From Octopus sinensis (taxonomy: Eukaryota), in contig NC_042997.1 in assembly GCF_006345805.1 (NCBI RefSeq), positions 57,660,001-57,724,000 on the forward strand: DNA of 64,000 nucleotides, in the 5' to 3' direction. The notes under the pieces are model-generated. The model saw nothing but the letters and a program-made list of their open reading frames with translations. It had not been told where the DNA came from and did no database searches. A program made the translations under genes and the position numbers. Shown here one piece after another: positions 39,743 through 52,609 of the stretch; the stretch's first letter is position 1; every line of letters begins with the position of its first letter.

Positions 39743-40829
39743 CTGTGGGCAATATAATACAGTGTTGTATAATAGCAATATTATAAATATTATAAGAAGG
39801 CATCTATTAATAACATAGTATAGAAACTGTATAAGACAAGTACTAATATCAGACATGTTAGCAAAAGGTGACTAACAACAGTATAGACCTATATAAAGTA
39901 ACTAAAGACAATTTAATATATATCACTTTAATATATCTAATATAATTTAGTTTAGGAAGCTAATGGCAATATAATACAGGTCTGTATAAAGGAATTGATG
40001 ATAATATAGTATAGATTTGTATAAGGGCATTTAATAGCAATATAGAAAAATTTAGATAAAAGTGATAAATATTTGTAGAAGGCAAAAACAGCAATTTATC
40101 AAAGATTAAGTACTTAATTATCGAATGCACATTCTTGGTGATACTTTTATCTAGCATTCTTTTATACACAAATATCATCCTGTCAGTTTCACTAATGAAA
40201 TAAAAGCATTTATATTATAAAAGCTGCAATGCAGAAATTATATAGATTCAATCATATAATCAATAGAACTATACTTTTCCATGTTTAAGATAAAATATTA
40301 TTAGAACACTAAATGTTATTTGATACAAGGGCCTATGAAATAAAACACTATAAATTCTGTAATCTACAATAAAAGATCCTAAGGTTAATGTGGGGATGAG
40401 ATGAGCTGGAAGGAAAGGGCTGTGACGTTAACGGTCAAGGGGCTTGATCAGAACAAGAAGAGTGAGAGAAGGAAGACCAGGTTCATCCTATTTTGCCTTG
40501 GGTGCTCACAACAAACAGACATGAGGCGAGTGAACTGATAAGGATGGGTACTAGCAGCTGCTATCGTTAGGTGTGCAAGTTTTGGATTGAGTACAGCTGG
40601 ACAGCAGATGACAAGAAAGTAGGTGAATTGTTTCTTATTTTCCCACAATACAGTTCCCTCGTACAACAGTTAAATATTTAATATAACAATAAGAACTAAT
40701 ATAGCTAGGGATTCCTTAGTTTAATAGATCACCATTTTCTACTAGGTCATAAGTATAGTAAGATGTTAAATAGGAACTATGTTAAATTTAGCTAGTAAGA
40801 ATTTTGGTCATAATATCAGAGGTTATAAT

Positions 40830-41230
40830 ACTGCAAATCTGAATGAAAAGGAGAAGCAAACAGCTGGCCAGCAACAATCATGAGAACTACCAATGGTAAC
40901 TGTCTCACAAAGTCGATACAGTACTAATGTAGAACAAACAGTAGAGATGAACCCAAAAATATATACTGGGGTAGCTGAACTAACATTCAAAAATCGAATT
41001 CATAAGCACAAACATTAATCTGTCAGCCATAAACAAAAATTCACTATGCTTTTGTTGAAATTATTTGCTTAATTATAGATAAGGCACAACCAAACAAGAA
41101 TGGCAGCTTCAAATAAAAAATGAGGTGTGACCTTTGTTTGAGTGAAAAAATAAGAATTTTAGTTCAAGGGAGAAATAATTTGAACAAAAGAATGGAATTG
41201 TTAGCACTTTGTATGCAAATATCAGCTGCC
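40830..41230 (+). mobile_element. Penelope-like element GIY-YIG / C-terminal remnant
   Basis: NGNCLTKSI..Y, KIYTGVAELTFKNRIHKHK and RCDLCLSEK..LNKRMELL. Confidence 0.75.
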
Positions 41231-42038
41231 TCAAATTTTCTCTGGTTCAGGAAGAAAAAATGCTGTTGAAATGAGTAATTACTGTAAGTATATAAGTGTG
41301 TGTGTGTGCATATATGTATGAGTGTGTGTGTGTGTGTGTGCACGCGTGCATGTATGTATGGATATATGTACATGCAGATGCATACAAAATGTGCACTGAC
41401 ACACACCACATTAATGCATCACACACGTTATCTTTAAAATTATTTAAAGCATTACTTAAATAACAATACAATTTCATGAGGAAAATTATTAGAGTGACAA
41501 CGCTTGTATGAAGTTGAAAACATTTCAAGTATTTACATGAGAATTAAAAATGAAATGAAAAATTAGCTTAAAACAGCTGTTTTTGCACATGCTATTTGGT
41601 GTATTTTTTTTTTCTTTTTAAAAAATTCTCATAAAGATAAGCATTTTCCTCATAACTTGCATATCATTATCACCATCATTTAACATGTTTTCCATACTGG
41701 CATGGTTTCTGTGGTTGGATGCTCTTCCTAATGCCAATCACTCCATAAAGTGTACTGGGTGCTTTTAACATGGCACCAGCACCAGTATCAGTTTTGCTAT
41801 GGTGGACAGTTTCATATATTTTAAAATATATTCAAACAAGATATTTGAAGTAGAAAACAGGCTTCGGTTATCTGCTGAATTATCAGGATGGAATACCATG
41901 GATTATAATAACACCTTAAAATGAAGTTCTTACTTTTCCTTATCATGTCTATGACATTATTATTTTATATTTTATTATTCAATAACAAAATTTACTAAAA
42001 ATATATATTCCAAATAAAATAGGAATTCTAATAAATAC

Positions 42039-42162
42039 CTTGCTTGGAACCATATGTGGCTTCATCTCTATAAGAAGGAAAGTTGTTGACAATGAGCTGT
42101 AACAAATTTTCAGCACTGTTATCACTTTCTCTGATACAGTTAACAAAACTACCTTGATATTT
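42039..42162 (-). CDS. QNG1: QNG1 coding exon 5 (KYQGSFVNCIRESDNSA...FPSYRDEATYGSKQ)
   Basis: 124 nt, aaacag acceptor after poly-T, GTATTT donor; GSFxNC and FPSYRD motifs. Confidence 0.96.
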
Positions 42163-43699
42163 CTGTTTAGAGAAAAAAAAAAATGATTGTACAAGAACTA
42201 CACTCAGTTAGTAAACTTATTTTATAATAACTGTTGCAGAGATTGACAAGATTCCTAATAATGACATATCATAAATTATCTATTAATGTCATGTCTCTCT
42301 TACAGTCTGCAGATTTATTATGTCACTTTGCCTCCATTCTCTTTCATGTGCTTATTCACGCACTCTCCATGTCCTCACATATCTTCCTTACCTTCCTCCC
42401 AGCCACTCCAATTTCCCTCACCATCACTTGCTAGAGTCATGTCTTCCTCATCTCTAAACATATCACTCACACTCTTATGGAACACTACTTCTATTCCTCC
42501 AACTGTTTCCTTTGGGTATGTCCCAATACATCTCCAACACCATCTGCTTCTCTCTCATTCTGACTGCCTCTCTAGCTTTCTCTCTAACTCTATCCCACCT
42601 TTCTTCTACTTCCTTGTCCAACAGGGGTAGCCAAATGTCTCCTCTATAGTAAAACAACTGTCTCTGTTCCTCTATTGTGCGTTAATCTCTTGGCTGGCAC
42701 ACAGCCACTTCCTTCAATTCAATTCCTTCTCTTAATTAAGAGCTATTTGGTGACTCCACTGGTGCTGGTACTACATAAAAAAGCACCAGTACCAGTACCA
42801 CATAAAAAGCACCATTCCATTCTGTAAAGTGATTGGCATTAGGAAGAGCATCCAGCTGTAGAAACCATGTCAAAACAGACAATTGGAACCTGGTTCAGCT
42901 CTCCAGCTTCTGTCAAACTGTCCAACCCATGCCAGCATAATAAAAGACATTAGATGATGATGATAATGAGAGTTAATTAATGAAAAACCTACATCTCTCT
43001 TTTTAAACAGAATTAGTCATTTAGATAATAAAAGTTCACATTATTAAATTTTGATATTTGAAATTTTTGGCTTAGTACATCAAATACACTTGAGCCTGCT
43101 CTAAGTTTACAAGCAGTAAGTTAATGTTCCCTAGTCAAAATTTATAGCAACCCTTACAAGCCAACACATGCATTCATGCAAAGATGTGGTGTTGCTAGTG
43201 TGTCTGGATGTTAACAATTGGTTGAATATGAAATAGCAAGAGTTATGTGGGAATTAGTGAATAATTTGGCTAAGAATTTTGCATCAAGCGAGAAGAATCT
43301 CAGGTTAAGTCAGTGTGAAAGATTACATTCCTCAGTTGAATCATTTGGTTAATCTTCAGGAACTAAAAGGCTGAATAGTGCATTGAAGTGATTGAAATAG
43401 TTGATCATATATTGATCATATACCTGTGGACACATGTAATATCATGTTCATTACACAAAACGATAACCTCTTTAAACCTGCTCATCTATCCTTAATACTT
43501 TCAACATCTCAAAAGTAATGGACATTGTGAGACACAACCAAGTCCTTAATCACTTTCCATGTCTCTCCCTCTCGCTGACCACTACTGTGGTTTCTGTAGA
43601 GCCATAGACACTAGACATCTGCTTCTCTATATCATGCATCACTGTTCTCTCACCCTTATATAATGTTGATATCAGCGAAGATTTTGATTAGTCTGGTAT

Positions 43700-44450
43700 G
43701 GAAACTTTTAAGTGGAGTTGCTCATCTACAGGTTCCATTTTTAAATCAGTTTCTAAATTTAGAGTTTCCATCACATTGTGTCAATGGATTTCTTTTTTGA
43801 GCCATATACTATCAACTCTGGAGTTTCTCACAGTTTGTTATCCAGACTCTTTTTTTTCTGTATATTAATGATCTTACCATTACTCCTAACTACACATATA
43901 CCTTTGAAGATGACCCAATAATTCACTCAACGGAAATATTCTGCACACAAGTATTATTTGTGCACAACCTAGACATCTCATGCAGACTCAAACTTTTTTC
44001 CATAAAGGGAAACGTGCAAAACATCCACCAATGGTAATTTAGTTTCCTTTATCAGGACTCAGATACAATCACTACACATATGAAGAAAATAATTTTGACT
44101 ACACTCTTTCTATACATGAACAACATATAACTACACTCCTCAAAGTCCTCATAATAACTTATGACTACACTATCATTAGCAAAAACTGCATCCTAGGTAC
44201 TAGGTTTCTGTTTCAGAGTAAAAATATTTCAGCTCTAATCAGTCATTAACCTTCTACAAAACTAGAGCAGGAGCTGTGAACAGCTACTAGAAACACTAAC
44301 ATTTTAGCATAAAAAAATAAACATTATGCAGCTACTTAATAAGCATTCACACCCCAATGTTCTATAATGCTCACAAATGTTTTATTCCTTTCCACTATCT
44401 CTCTTATTGCCAATGCATAAACCTCAGCTACTAGTAAGCTACATACACCC
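43700..44450 (+). mobile_element. Highly degraded LINE reverse transcriptase (CR1/L2/Jockey-like)
   Basis: LFFLYINDL...FEDD remnant of the LFxxYINDL..(Y/F)ADD motif near 43850-43915. Confidence 0.45.
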
Positions 44451-45017
44451 CTCCATACCAATTCAACCTAAGCTCACCTACTGACCCATCTTTCTTTCTG
44501 TTATAATCCTTATTGTGTCTCACTTCACAAACCCTACAATAAATATTTTGCTCAATCCACCTTCTTAGAACTGGATCCCTCTGCAACTCCTTTCCCACTC
44601 ACATATTCCTTATAGACATGTCTACAAAACTTCAAGTTGGATAAACTTCAGTCACACTGATCACACTAGTCTAAGTAGCTAGCAAAGATCAAGGCACTTC
44701 CTCTGATCCTTAACATGAAAATGAAAGAAATCAGGATCATAAATTGTCAAAAACCAATTGAATTTTTTTCTGTGCCACCCTTACACTACCACTATGAAAA
44801 CAAGATCTACAACAAGGATACATAAATGAAAGCAAACATACTTGATCCCCTCAGATTCTGATCACTTTCTCTAATCTATGAATGATGTCTAAAGTTATGT
44901 GCTTTATTAATCAAGAATTACTCAAGAAGTAGCAGTAATGAACCTTATTAATTACTAATGTTGAGGAATGTGTGTGACAGGAATGAGTTTCAAATGTTCA
45001 ACAGTATTGTAACAAAC

Positions 45018-45167
45018 CTTCATAATAATCTTGCATGTTTGTTTCAAGGCTTGTAACCTTTCGGAAAACAATGGTATTTCTTGGTTGGAATCAGACTTTA
45101 ATATATCAGCGAGTTGTTCTCCAGAAATACTTGCACAATATGCAGGTGTAGTGATAGGGATGCCATT
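45018..45167 (-). CDS. QNG1: QNG1 coding exon 4 (NGIPITTPAY...LKQTCKIIMK)
   Basis: 150 nt, tttcag acceptor, GTTTGT donor; GIPIT and ILKSD...PL..ER motifs. Confidence 0.95.
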
Positions 45168-45390
45168 CTGAAAAGAGAAATTTAATATATCTGTTAATGT
45201 AGGGAAGATTCTCATTGGGAAATATTTCTGTATGAAATCACAATAGAAAACTAGAATTATAGAGATGCCATTCAAAAAACAAAAAAAATATATTTATAGG
45301 AAGCTTAATTAATGGTAACCACAATGGCTGTAATATCATGAGTGACAACTATAAGGAGAATGAATGAAGTGAAACTTATGACTAGAATAA

Positions 45391-45783
45391 GAGTGGCTGT
45401 GTGGTAAATAACTTGCTTACGAACCACATGGTTCCGGGTTCAGTCCCATTGTGTGGTACCTTGGGCAAGTGTCTTCTACTATAGTCTCGAGTCGACCAAA
45501 GCCTTGTGAGGTAGACGTAAACTGAAAGAAGCCCTTCATATATATGTATATATATATTTGTATGTATGTATGTGTGTGTGTTTGTGTGTCTGTGCTTGTC
45601 CCTCTAACATCGCTTGACAGCCAATGCTGGTGTGTTCATGTCCCCGTAACTTAGCGGTTTGGCAAAAGAGACCAATAGAATCAGTTCTAGGCTTACAAAG
45701 AATAAGTCCTGGGGTCGATTTGCTCGACTAAAGGTGGTGCTCCAGCATGGCCACAGTCAAAATAACTGAAACAAGTAAAAGAA
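45391..45783 (+). mobile_element. Near full-length tRNA-derived SINE
   Basis: gagtggctgtgtggtaa A-box, ggttcagtccca B-box, internal (TA)/(GT) tract and ccagcatggccacagtc..actgaaacaagtaaaagaa tail. Confidence 0.85.
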
Positions 45784-46252
45784 TAATACAGGTACAAAGA
45801 GATGATTATGTATAAGTGATTGCTATTACTAAGGTATAAAAAAGTAACTTCTATAACTTGGCTGCAAGAGGTGACTCCATATATTTTTCTTCAAACCACT
45901 GATATTATGAGCACTCATTAAATAGATGATAGGCCAAACACACTACTTAGTTTAACATTATCACCTGGTCCTTGCTGACTTTTAATGGATTTCATATTGT
46001 TGCAAGTATTCACACAAGAGTCCCAGTTCCTTTCTCATCCATGTTTTTCTTGCCTGGGAGGGACTATAAAGCTCATCACTACTCCTCCTTTTCTGACTAA
46101 TTTATAAAAAGAAAAGTTAAATTCAGTTTGAAAATATCTAAAATATTTGTGAGCACTATCTTTTTCTCATAATACAGAAAAGAGTAACTGTTAATCATTT
46201 TTTGAATCATGGCATGAATTGAATTCACAGTAAAAGTTAAAAATCCACTTAC

Positions 46253-46385
46253 ATCTAAAGCTCGATTGACTGCAGCACATAATGACCAGTAACCTGTGTA
46301 AGCTTTATCCTTGTAAGTTACTGTATATTTATTGCTAGCATCTTCACTCCAAAATGAAAAATTCATTGTGTCAAGCACAAAAATC
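46253..46385 (-). CDS. QNG1: QNG1 coding exon 3 ([15 protein letters not shown]...[16 protein letters not shown])
   Basis: 133 nt, ttgcag acceptor, GTAAGT donor; DTxNFSFW and [13 protein letters not shown] signature. Confidence 0.97.
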
Positions 46386-46514
46386 CTGCAAGTAAAACAT
46401 AATACATATCAGTTAGTTTTCCAGGGAAGCATAGTGAAATTCTTTCAACAGACTCCTACCAACACTACTATAATCAATTTTTGGTTATTATAATCAATAC
46501 TTGGTTATTGAATA

Positions 46515-46868
46515 AAAGAGTAAAGGGTAAAGATCCCCTTCAGTCATGAATGACCACTAGACTGCACCTAGAAAGTTACCCTTCGAGGCACATATCTGGG
46601 CAAAGGTGTTTTATAGAAGACCAGCACTTGCCCATGCATACCAGCCTCCCTTCTCCATGTCACCAATGTTATCCAAGGCAAGGGAAAGGCCGATACAACT
46701 TGGCACCTGTGATGTCACAACTTATTTTCTACAGTTGAGTGAACTGGAGCAACATGAAATAAAGTGCCTTGCTCAAGAACACAACACACAGCTTGGTCCA
46801 GGAATTGAACTCACTACCTCATGATTGTAAGCCCGATGCTCAAACCACTAAGCTATATAGCTTCACAT
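46515..46868 (-). mobile_element. tRNA-derived SINE of a second family
   Basis: Minus-strand head ttagtggtttgagcatcgggcttacaatcatgaggtagtgagttcaattcctggacc, followed by gtgttgtgttcttgagcaaggcactt. Confidence 0.7.
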
Positions 46869-48534
46869 TGAATGGAATATAAATTTAGGGAGATGGAAGC
46901 AAACTTTTTTATACATTTCAGTCAATCAAATTTCAGAAATAGAGAGCTTGTTCATTTTTCAGTGATACTGGTAGTTCCATTTCAAGAAGACATCTTTTTA
47001 TCATGTAAAGAAATGCAAGAAACACATTGACTTGTACATATAAGTATATATATCAGAGATGTACCCTCAGTGTAGGCAAGGTAGACAGAACCTATCCTGA
47101 ATAAAACTATAAATTTTGATTAAATATAAATGTACATGATTTTTAATTTATTATAAAATGCTAATAAATGCATAATCTAGTAAATGACAATTTTGATGTT
47201 AGGCACAATCTTCTGTGCTTTCCAACCTAACATATACACCAACATATGATATTAAACCTATGAACCATGAGTGACACTTTATCATAAAGGCAGCCCTGAT
47301 TGAGCAGTCATAGACCAATGGAGTTGTAGTCGAGACCATCCCTTACTTTTGTATATTTAATATTGCATTATTCAATTGTCATTTCTTTTCCAAGATGGGG
47401 GGGTGTGACATGAAGGAATGTGGTTACTATTTCTAGCTACATATGATATGGTATTGTATGTATGTGAGTGCATGTATGTACACGCACACATACAAATGTG
47501 TGCGTACGCATGCATGTATGTCATTATTCAGTTTATTTCAAGATTTCTTGCCAATAGAGAAAGAATTAATTAATACAATTTTGTCCAGAAATCATGTTTC
47601 CAAAATTTCAATTTTCCTCCATTCTCACTGCAATTTCTTAATTTGTAACCTTTTGATTTTTTTTTTGTTATCTACGTAGAAAAATACAGAGATTATGAAT
47701 CTGGGAAATACATATAATTTTTATAGTTTAATTTTACATGTAATTTTTATAGTTTAATTTTTCTTAAAGAAACACTCAATGCCCCTTCCTCCAACTCACC
47801 CACCCATCACCTACTCACTTTCACTTTTATCTGATGCTTCCTGCATGCATAGAATTCTACTGAAATAGCAAACTTACAAAATACCAGACCACCACCAGAA
47901 AACCTGACATGATAGAAACAACAGTTAAACGACATCATTTCTGAAGAAACTTCTCCGCTTTCCAAAAAGCTAAAAGTGAAACATTGGAAGTGTGTAACTT
48001 TTTGAAAGTGGTGAGGTGATGGGTAAATTTCTTAAAGATTCATACTCTGTTTTTTCTCCAAGGATTACCAAGAAAAAAAATTTGAAAAAAGCAAAAAATG
48101 AATTTGGTATAGAGAGGGAGAAAATTTAAATGTTGAGAACATGTTTTGTGGGTGAAATCCTAATGTCCTGTATCGCAAACATAGGAATCCGAAGAAATTT
48201 AGGAAATAAATAAGGAGCAAAAAGTCGCCTCGGACATACTAGAAAGAAGAGGTAAAGGACAGGATTTCTGAGAAAACTTTCTTTAAAGTTTATATTGAAG
48301 ATCAGGTTTTTAAATACACTCATCACAAACAAATTACACAATAGAAAAAGATTATTTCAATTAAATGTAAGCTTTAAATCTGTGCATGCACACTGCAAGA
48401 AATGACATAATTCACACAGAAGTTTTACCTAGAGCGTGTGTATGTGTGTGTGTCATAGGAAGTTATTTTATGGCATTCTTTTGTTTGAGGAAGCAAAGTT
48501 ATCAACTTGACATATGTGGGATCATATGATTGTT

Positions 48535-49818
48535 CGTTAATTTCTGTAGAATTCTTTTAATTTCTTTATGCTTTGAAAAGAGCAGAAATTGAAAGAGAGG
48601 ATAAAATGAAAAAGCGACATTTGCTTTGAAGTGAAAGGAGAAAGTGAAAGATGTACATATATATGAAATGGACGTGTGTGTGTGTGTGTGAGTGTGTGTA
48701 TCAGAGAGAGAGAGAGTGAATGAGTGAAAGTGTGTGTTGTGATGTATGAATTTTTTGGCATGTATGTGTCACCACTCTTTCTCTCTCTCACAGTCACATA
48801 CACACACACATACACATTATCTTTCATGTACACATACATAAATGGGCGGAGGTAAAGAATATGTACACCACCCATTTTTGACGTAGCCCTAACCCTAAAC
48901 ATTGGGTGTGCATATTCTTTACCTTCGCCCAGAAATACATATGCATACATCTTTTTTGTGTGGGAGAGAGTGAAAGAGAGAGAGGGACTGTATTTCCTCA
49001 TAATATATAGAGAAATGGATGTCTTTTAGTGCAAATTTTTTGGTTATGACTTATTTTAATACAATATTTATGAGTACATTTACATAAATGTTTGTCTGAG
49101 TAGAATTCTACGCATGAGTTAAACATCAGACAAAAGTGAAACATTAGAAGCAAATTGAAATATTGTCCAAAAATGACCTTAAAATTGTGCAACCAGCATA
49201 ATTGCTGAGGTTATTTTAGTTGAAAAAAAGAGTTGTTGAGTGAAAACATAATTTATTTGGTAGATAGATAATAAGCAGCAGTAATGTTTCGTTATAACTC
49301 TCAAAGTTGTCAATGAACTGGCATCTGGATCAGCTGTTTTATTCATTAATTTCTGTAAAATTTTTTTATTTATTTGCTATTGTTTTAAAGTGAAAGAGAG
49401 GAGAAAGTGAAAAATATATGTGTATATGAAATGGATGTGTGTGTGTGAGTATGTGTTTGAGAGAGAGAGAGAGAGAGAGAGTGTGTGAGTGCCACTTACA
49501 CATACATGAGAACACACACGTTCACTCACTCTCTCTCTCACATCATCATCATCATCATCATCATCATCATTTAACGTCCGCTTTCCATGCTAGCATGGGT
49601 TGGAAAAAAAGATGTATGCATATGTATTGATGTATATACATATAGATGACAACTCACCCCTTCAGTCACTCTCTCTCTCTCTCTTTCTCCCTTCCTCTCT
49701 CTCTCTCTTTCACACAAACACACACACACTCATTTTATATACACATACATCTTTCATTTTCTCTTCTCTTTCACTTTAAAACAAAAGTAAATAAATAAAA
49801 AATTTCTACAGAAATTAA
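48535..49818. repeat. Composite inverted-repeat region: arms 49346-49480 and 49700-49818, plus a diverged copy of the left arm at 48535-48720
   Basis: ttaatttctgtaaaattttttatttatttgctattgttttaaagtgaaagag versus ctctttcactttaaaacaaaagtaaataaataaaaaatttctacagaaattaa; SINE tail inserted in the loop. Confidence 0.7.
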
Positions 49819-50280
49819 CTAATGCAAATGACAGCTCTGCAAGTCAAAATGAAAGATTGCCTAAGCAACTTTCTTTATTATAATACAGATGTGACTAATT
49901 CGGAGGAACATTACTTTCATTATTCACACATGGTCTGTCTCATAATCGAACATTGTAATTTTGGTTGAAATTGAAAGTGTGAAACTATTTTCACTTTGTA
50001 ATGAAACCTAGTCATTGTAACTTTCAATATCAGCGCGTTTCACTGTTGGTTGGTAGTAAAAGATATCATTTACGATAGGTGACTACAAGAAAAATGATAA
50101 TGTTAAATTTTTGTAATGCAAATAAGTGAATGAAAATATAGTTTAGTGGGTAGCCAAAAGCTTACTGAATCTTTTGATACCCCATACATCAAAAACGGCA
50201 ACTCAGTTTTGGAATGCATAAGGAACATACACACACATATAAACTCTCTTTTATATATATAAAATATATATATATATATC

Positions 50281-50568
50281 ACGTGACCGACCAGACCATC
50301 AGATGATGTTACACATCGCTGGTCACAATGCGTTCGCATTGTTTTAGCCTTTGAATGACGCCACCCCGCTGGCTAAGCGAGCAGGCCAACAGAAGAAAGA
50401 GTGGGAGAAAGAGTGGTGAAAGAGTACAGCAGGGATCACCACCCCCTGCCGGAGCCTCGTGGAGCTTTTAGGTGTTTTCGCTCAATAAACACACACAACG
50501 CCTGGTCTGGGAATCGAAACCGCGATCCTCCGACCGCGAGTCCGCTGCCCTAACCACTGGTCCATTGC

Positions 50569-50572
<4 letters not shown>
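50281..50572 (-). mobile_element. Young tRNA-headed SINE (CpGs intact)
   Basis: Minus-strand head gcaatggaccagtggttagggcagcggactcgcggtcggaggatcgcggtttcgattcccagacc has A/B boxes but no 3' acceptor strand. Confidence 0.8.
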
Positions 50573-50660
<88 letters not shown>

Positions 50661-50664
<4 letters not shown>

Positions 50665-51677
50665 ACGGACCACCTGCCGTCGCTCGGTCGAACAGGAAAG
50701 TTCGCCACGGACCCAGAGAGAGAATTCAGTGGGGGAGAAGGTGGCGGCGAACCTGGCAACCACTCCCGGAGAGAACAACAACAAACAGAGGAAGAGATAC
50801 CGAGAGAGACACAAAGAAATACAGCAGAAGGCAATTGGCTACATTTAACCTACTAGTTTATAACACTTTATAATTGTTACAACATCAAATAAATCAAGAT
50901 ACATATCAGGTACATCAAAGAGGAAATACATGCAAGAAACAACAGCATTTAAAGAAAACAACAAATCAATACAGGTATACAACAGATCAAAGCATTCGGG
51001 TACAATAACAGTTCGGATTGATGCAATATACAGTCCGGAGACAACAGTTCTGTTTCAAATCACATTAACGTTACAGTTCAGAGGACAATTAACACATATA
51101 TGTTCAATGTTCATTAAATTCTTTTCAGACTACAACAGAGTCTTTCTTTTCAACAACTCTGTACACAATGTCTTTACACAGTTCTCTTTTCACATTAATT
51201 CATTAACACATCAACAAGTCCTTTACTCACTTCTGTAACAGTTCGTTATAGTCTCTTTACATAATTCACATATCAACACAATTAAACACATTCCATACAT
51301 CAGCCAATGCCTTACATTATAGTCCATCTCTATTAGCTGCTTAATCCTCTGTATATCTCCTCCTCAGCCCCTCAACATTTCTCTCACTGTCTCGCCTGTC
51401 CTCTCCCATGACTGTCTTCCTCTTTCGGTACACTGTCACCAGCAGAACAGCCACTGCTAAATCCAAACTGCCAACTGCTTGCCTTGAATCCCAAATGCTG
51501 ACTGCCTCTCACAAACTGAACTGCTTATTTAAGGGGGTAGGCCTCAAATGAACCCTAATTCACCTGAAAGGGTCGGGGAGTTTCCCCAGAGCTAATTAAT
51601 CAACCTGCATCTGGCAGAACAATGGATTCATTCCCAAAAGTAGGTCGCCAGCTCTGTCCTTAAGTTGAACCACAACA
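50661..51677. mobile_element. Solo LTR (1017 bp) in a (TA)n tract, QNG1 intron between coding exons 2 and 3
   Basis: TGTTACGG...CCACAACA termini (TG..CA with a short imperfect inverted repeat), ATAT on both sides, no internal coding sequence. Confidence 0.75.
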
Positions 51678-52038
51678 ATATATATATATATATAAAGTCT
51701 CAGTCATGATCACCCTTACAGAAAAACTTCAACTCGAGTTCAATTTACATAGATCAAAACTACTTTTTAAGTGAGGTTGTTTGTATGGAGAAGATCAAAT
51801 GAAAATTCAAATGTCAAACTTCTTTATGATGATTAGTAGGAAACCTAGATAAACTCTGATCTTTCATATATACACACAAATACAAATAGAATACAGTCAG
51901 GGGCATGCACGTGTGCACATACACACACACACACACACTTGCATGCACAAATATTTAACATGACAACCTGTATCAATGTACAAAGAGATATATGAATTAT
52001 GTAATTAAATGTGATAGAAAAGTTGAAATACAATTTAC

Positions 52039-52133
52039 CAGTCGACAGTACTGACATCCATTGTCTTTGGGTTAAGAGCATGCTTCTTCCAATTTGTTAT
52101 ATCGAAACTTTTATTCTTCACAGATTCATATAT
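52039..52133 (-). CDS. QNG1: QNG1 coding exon 2 (IYESVKNKSFDITNWKKHALNPKTMDVSTVD-W)
   Basis: 95 nt, tttag acceptor and GTAAAT donor; WKxHxLNP motif of DUF2419. Confidence 0.92.
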
Positions 52134-52342
52134 CTAAATAGACAGTGCATGGAAATAATAATTCAGTTAACTGACAAAGAATGACTCCTGCTTATATTTA
52201 AAAAAAAAAACACAAAAAAGAGACAGGTTATTTCTAATTAAATAGAAGTGAATTTTGTACAGTAGTTTATTATGCAGATTTTCTTATATTATTCTCAGCA
52301 ATATGTGCCCCTTTTTAGATATTTGCATGGACTGATACTTCA

Positions 52343-52609
52343 ATATTAAATTTTTATGGAAATCACAGAAAGAAGGCACTGACTTAAGGAATGATATTGG
52401 ACCTTGGTGCATCAACAGTCATGATTCTATTCACTCATAACACAATGTCCAATTCATATTTAAATCCAAACATAGATTCTGTTGAAAGTATGTTCAAGAT
52501 ATAAATATTGTAACCAGTTTAAAAATGTTATTTATAAGAAAAATAACAGTCCTGCTATCATTCCTTAAGTCAGTACCTTCTTTCTGTGATTTCCATAAAA
52601 ATTTAATAT
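52343..52609. repeat. 54-bp inverted repeat (1 mismatch) with a 159-nt spacer, probably inside a hAT-type MITE
   Basis: 52343-52396 versus 52556-52609; hAT-like TIR agaaccactg near 52676-52685. Confidence 0.9.

Noticed and set aside
50505-50572. tRNA-like sequence on the minus strand
   Set aside because: It lacks a paired acceptor stem and continues into a SINE body, so it is a SINE head, not a tRNA gene
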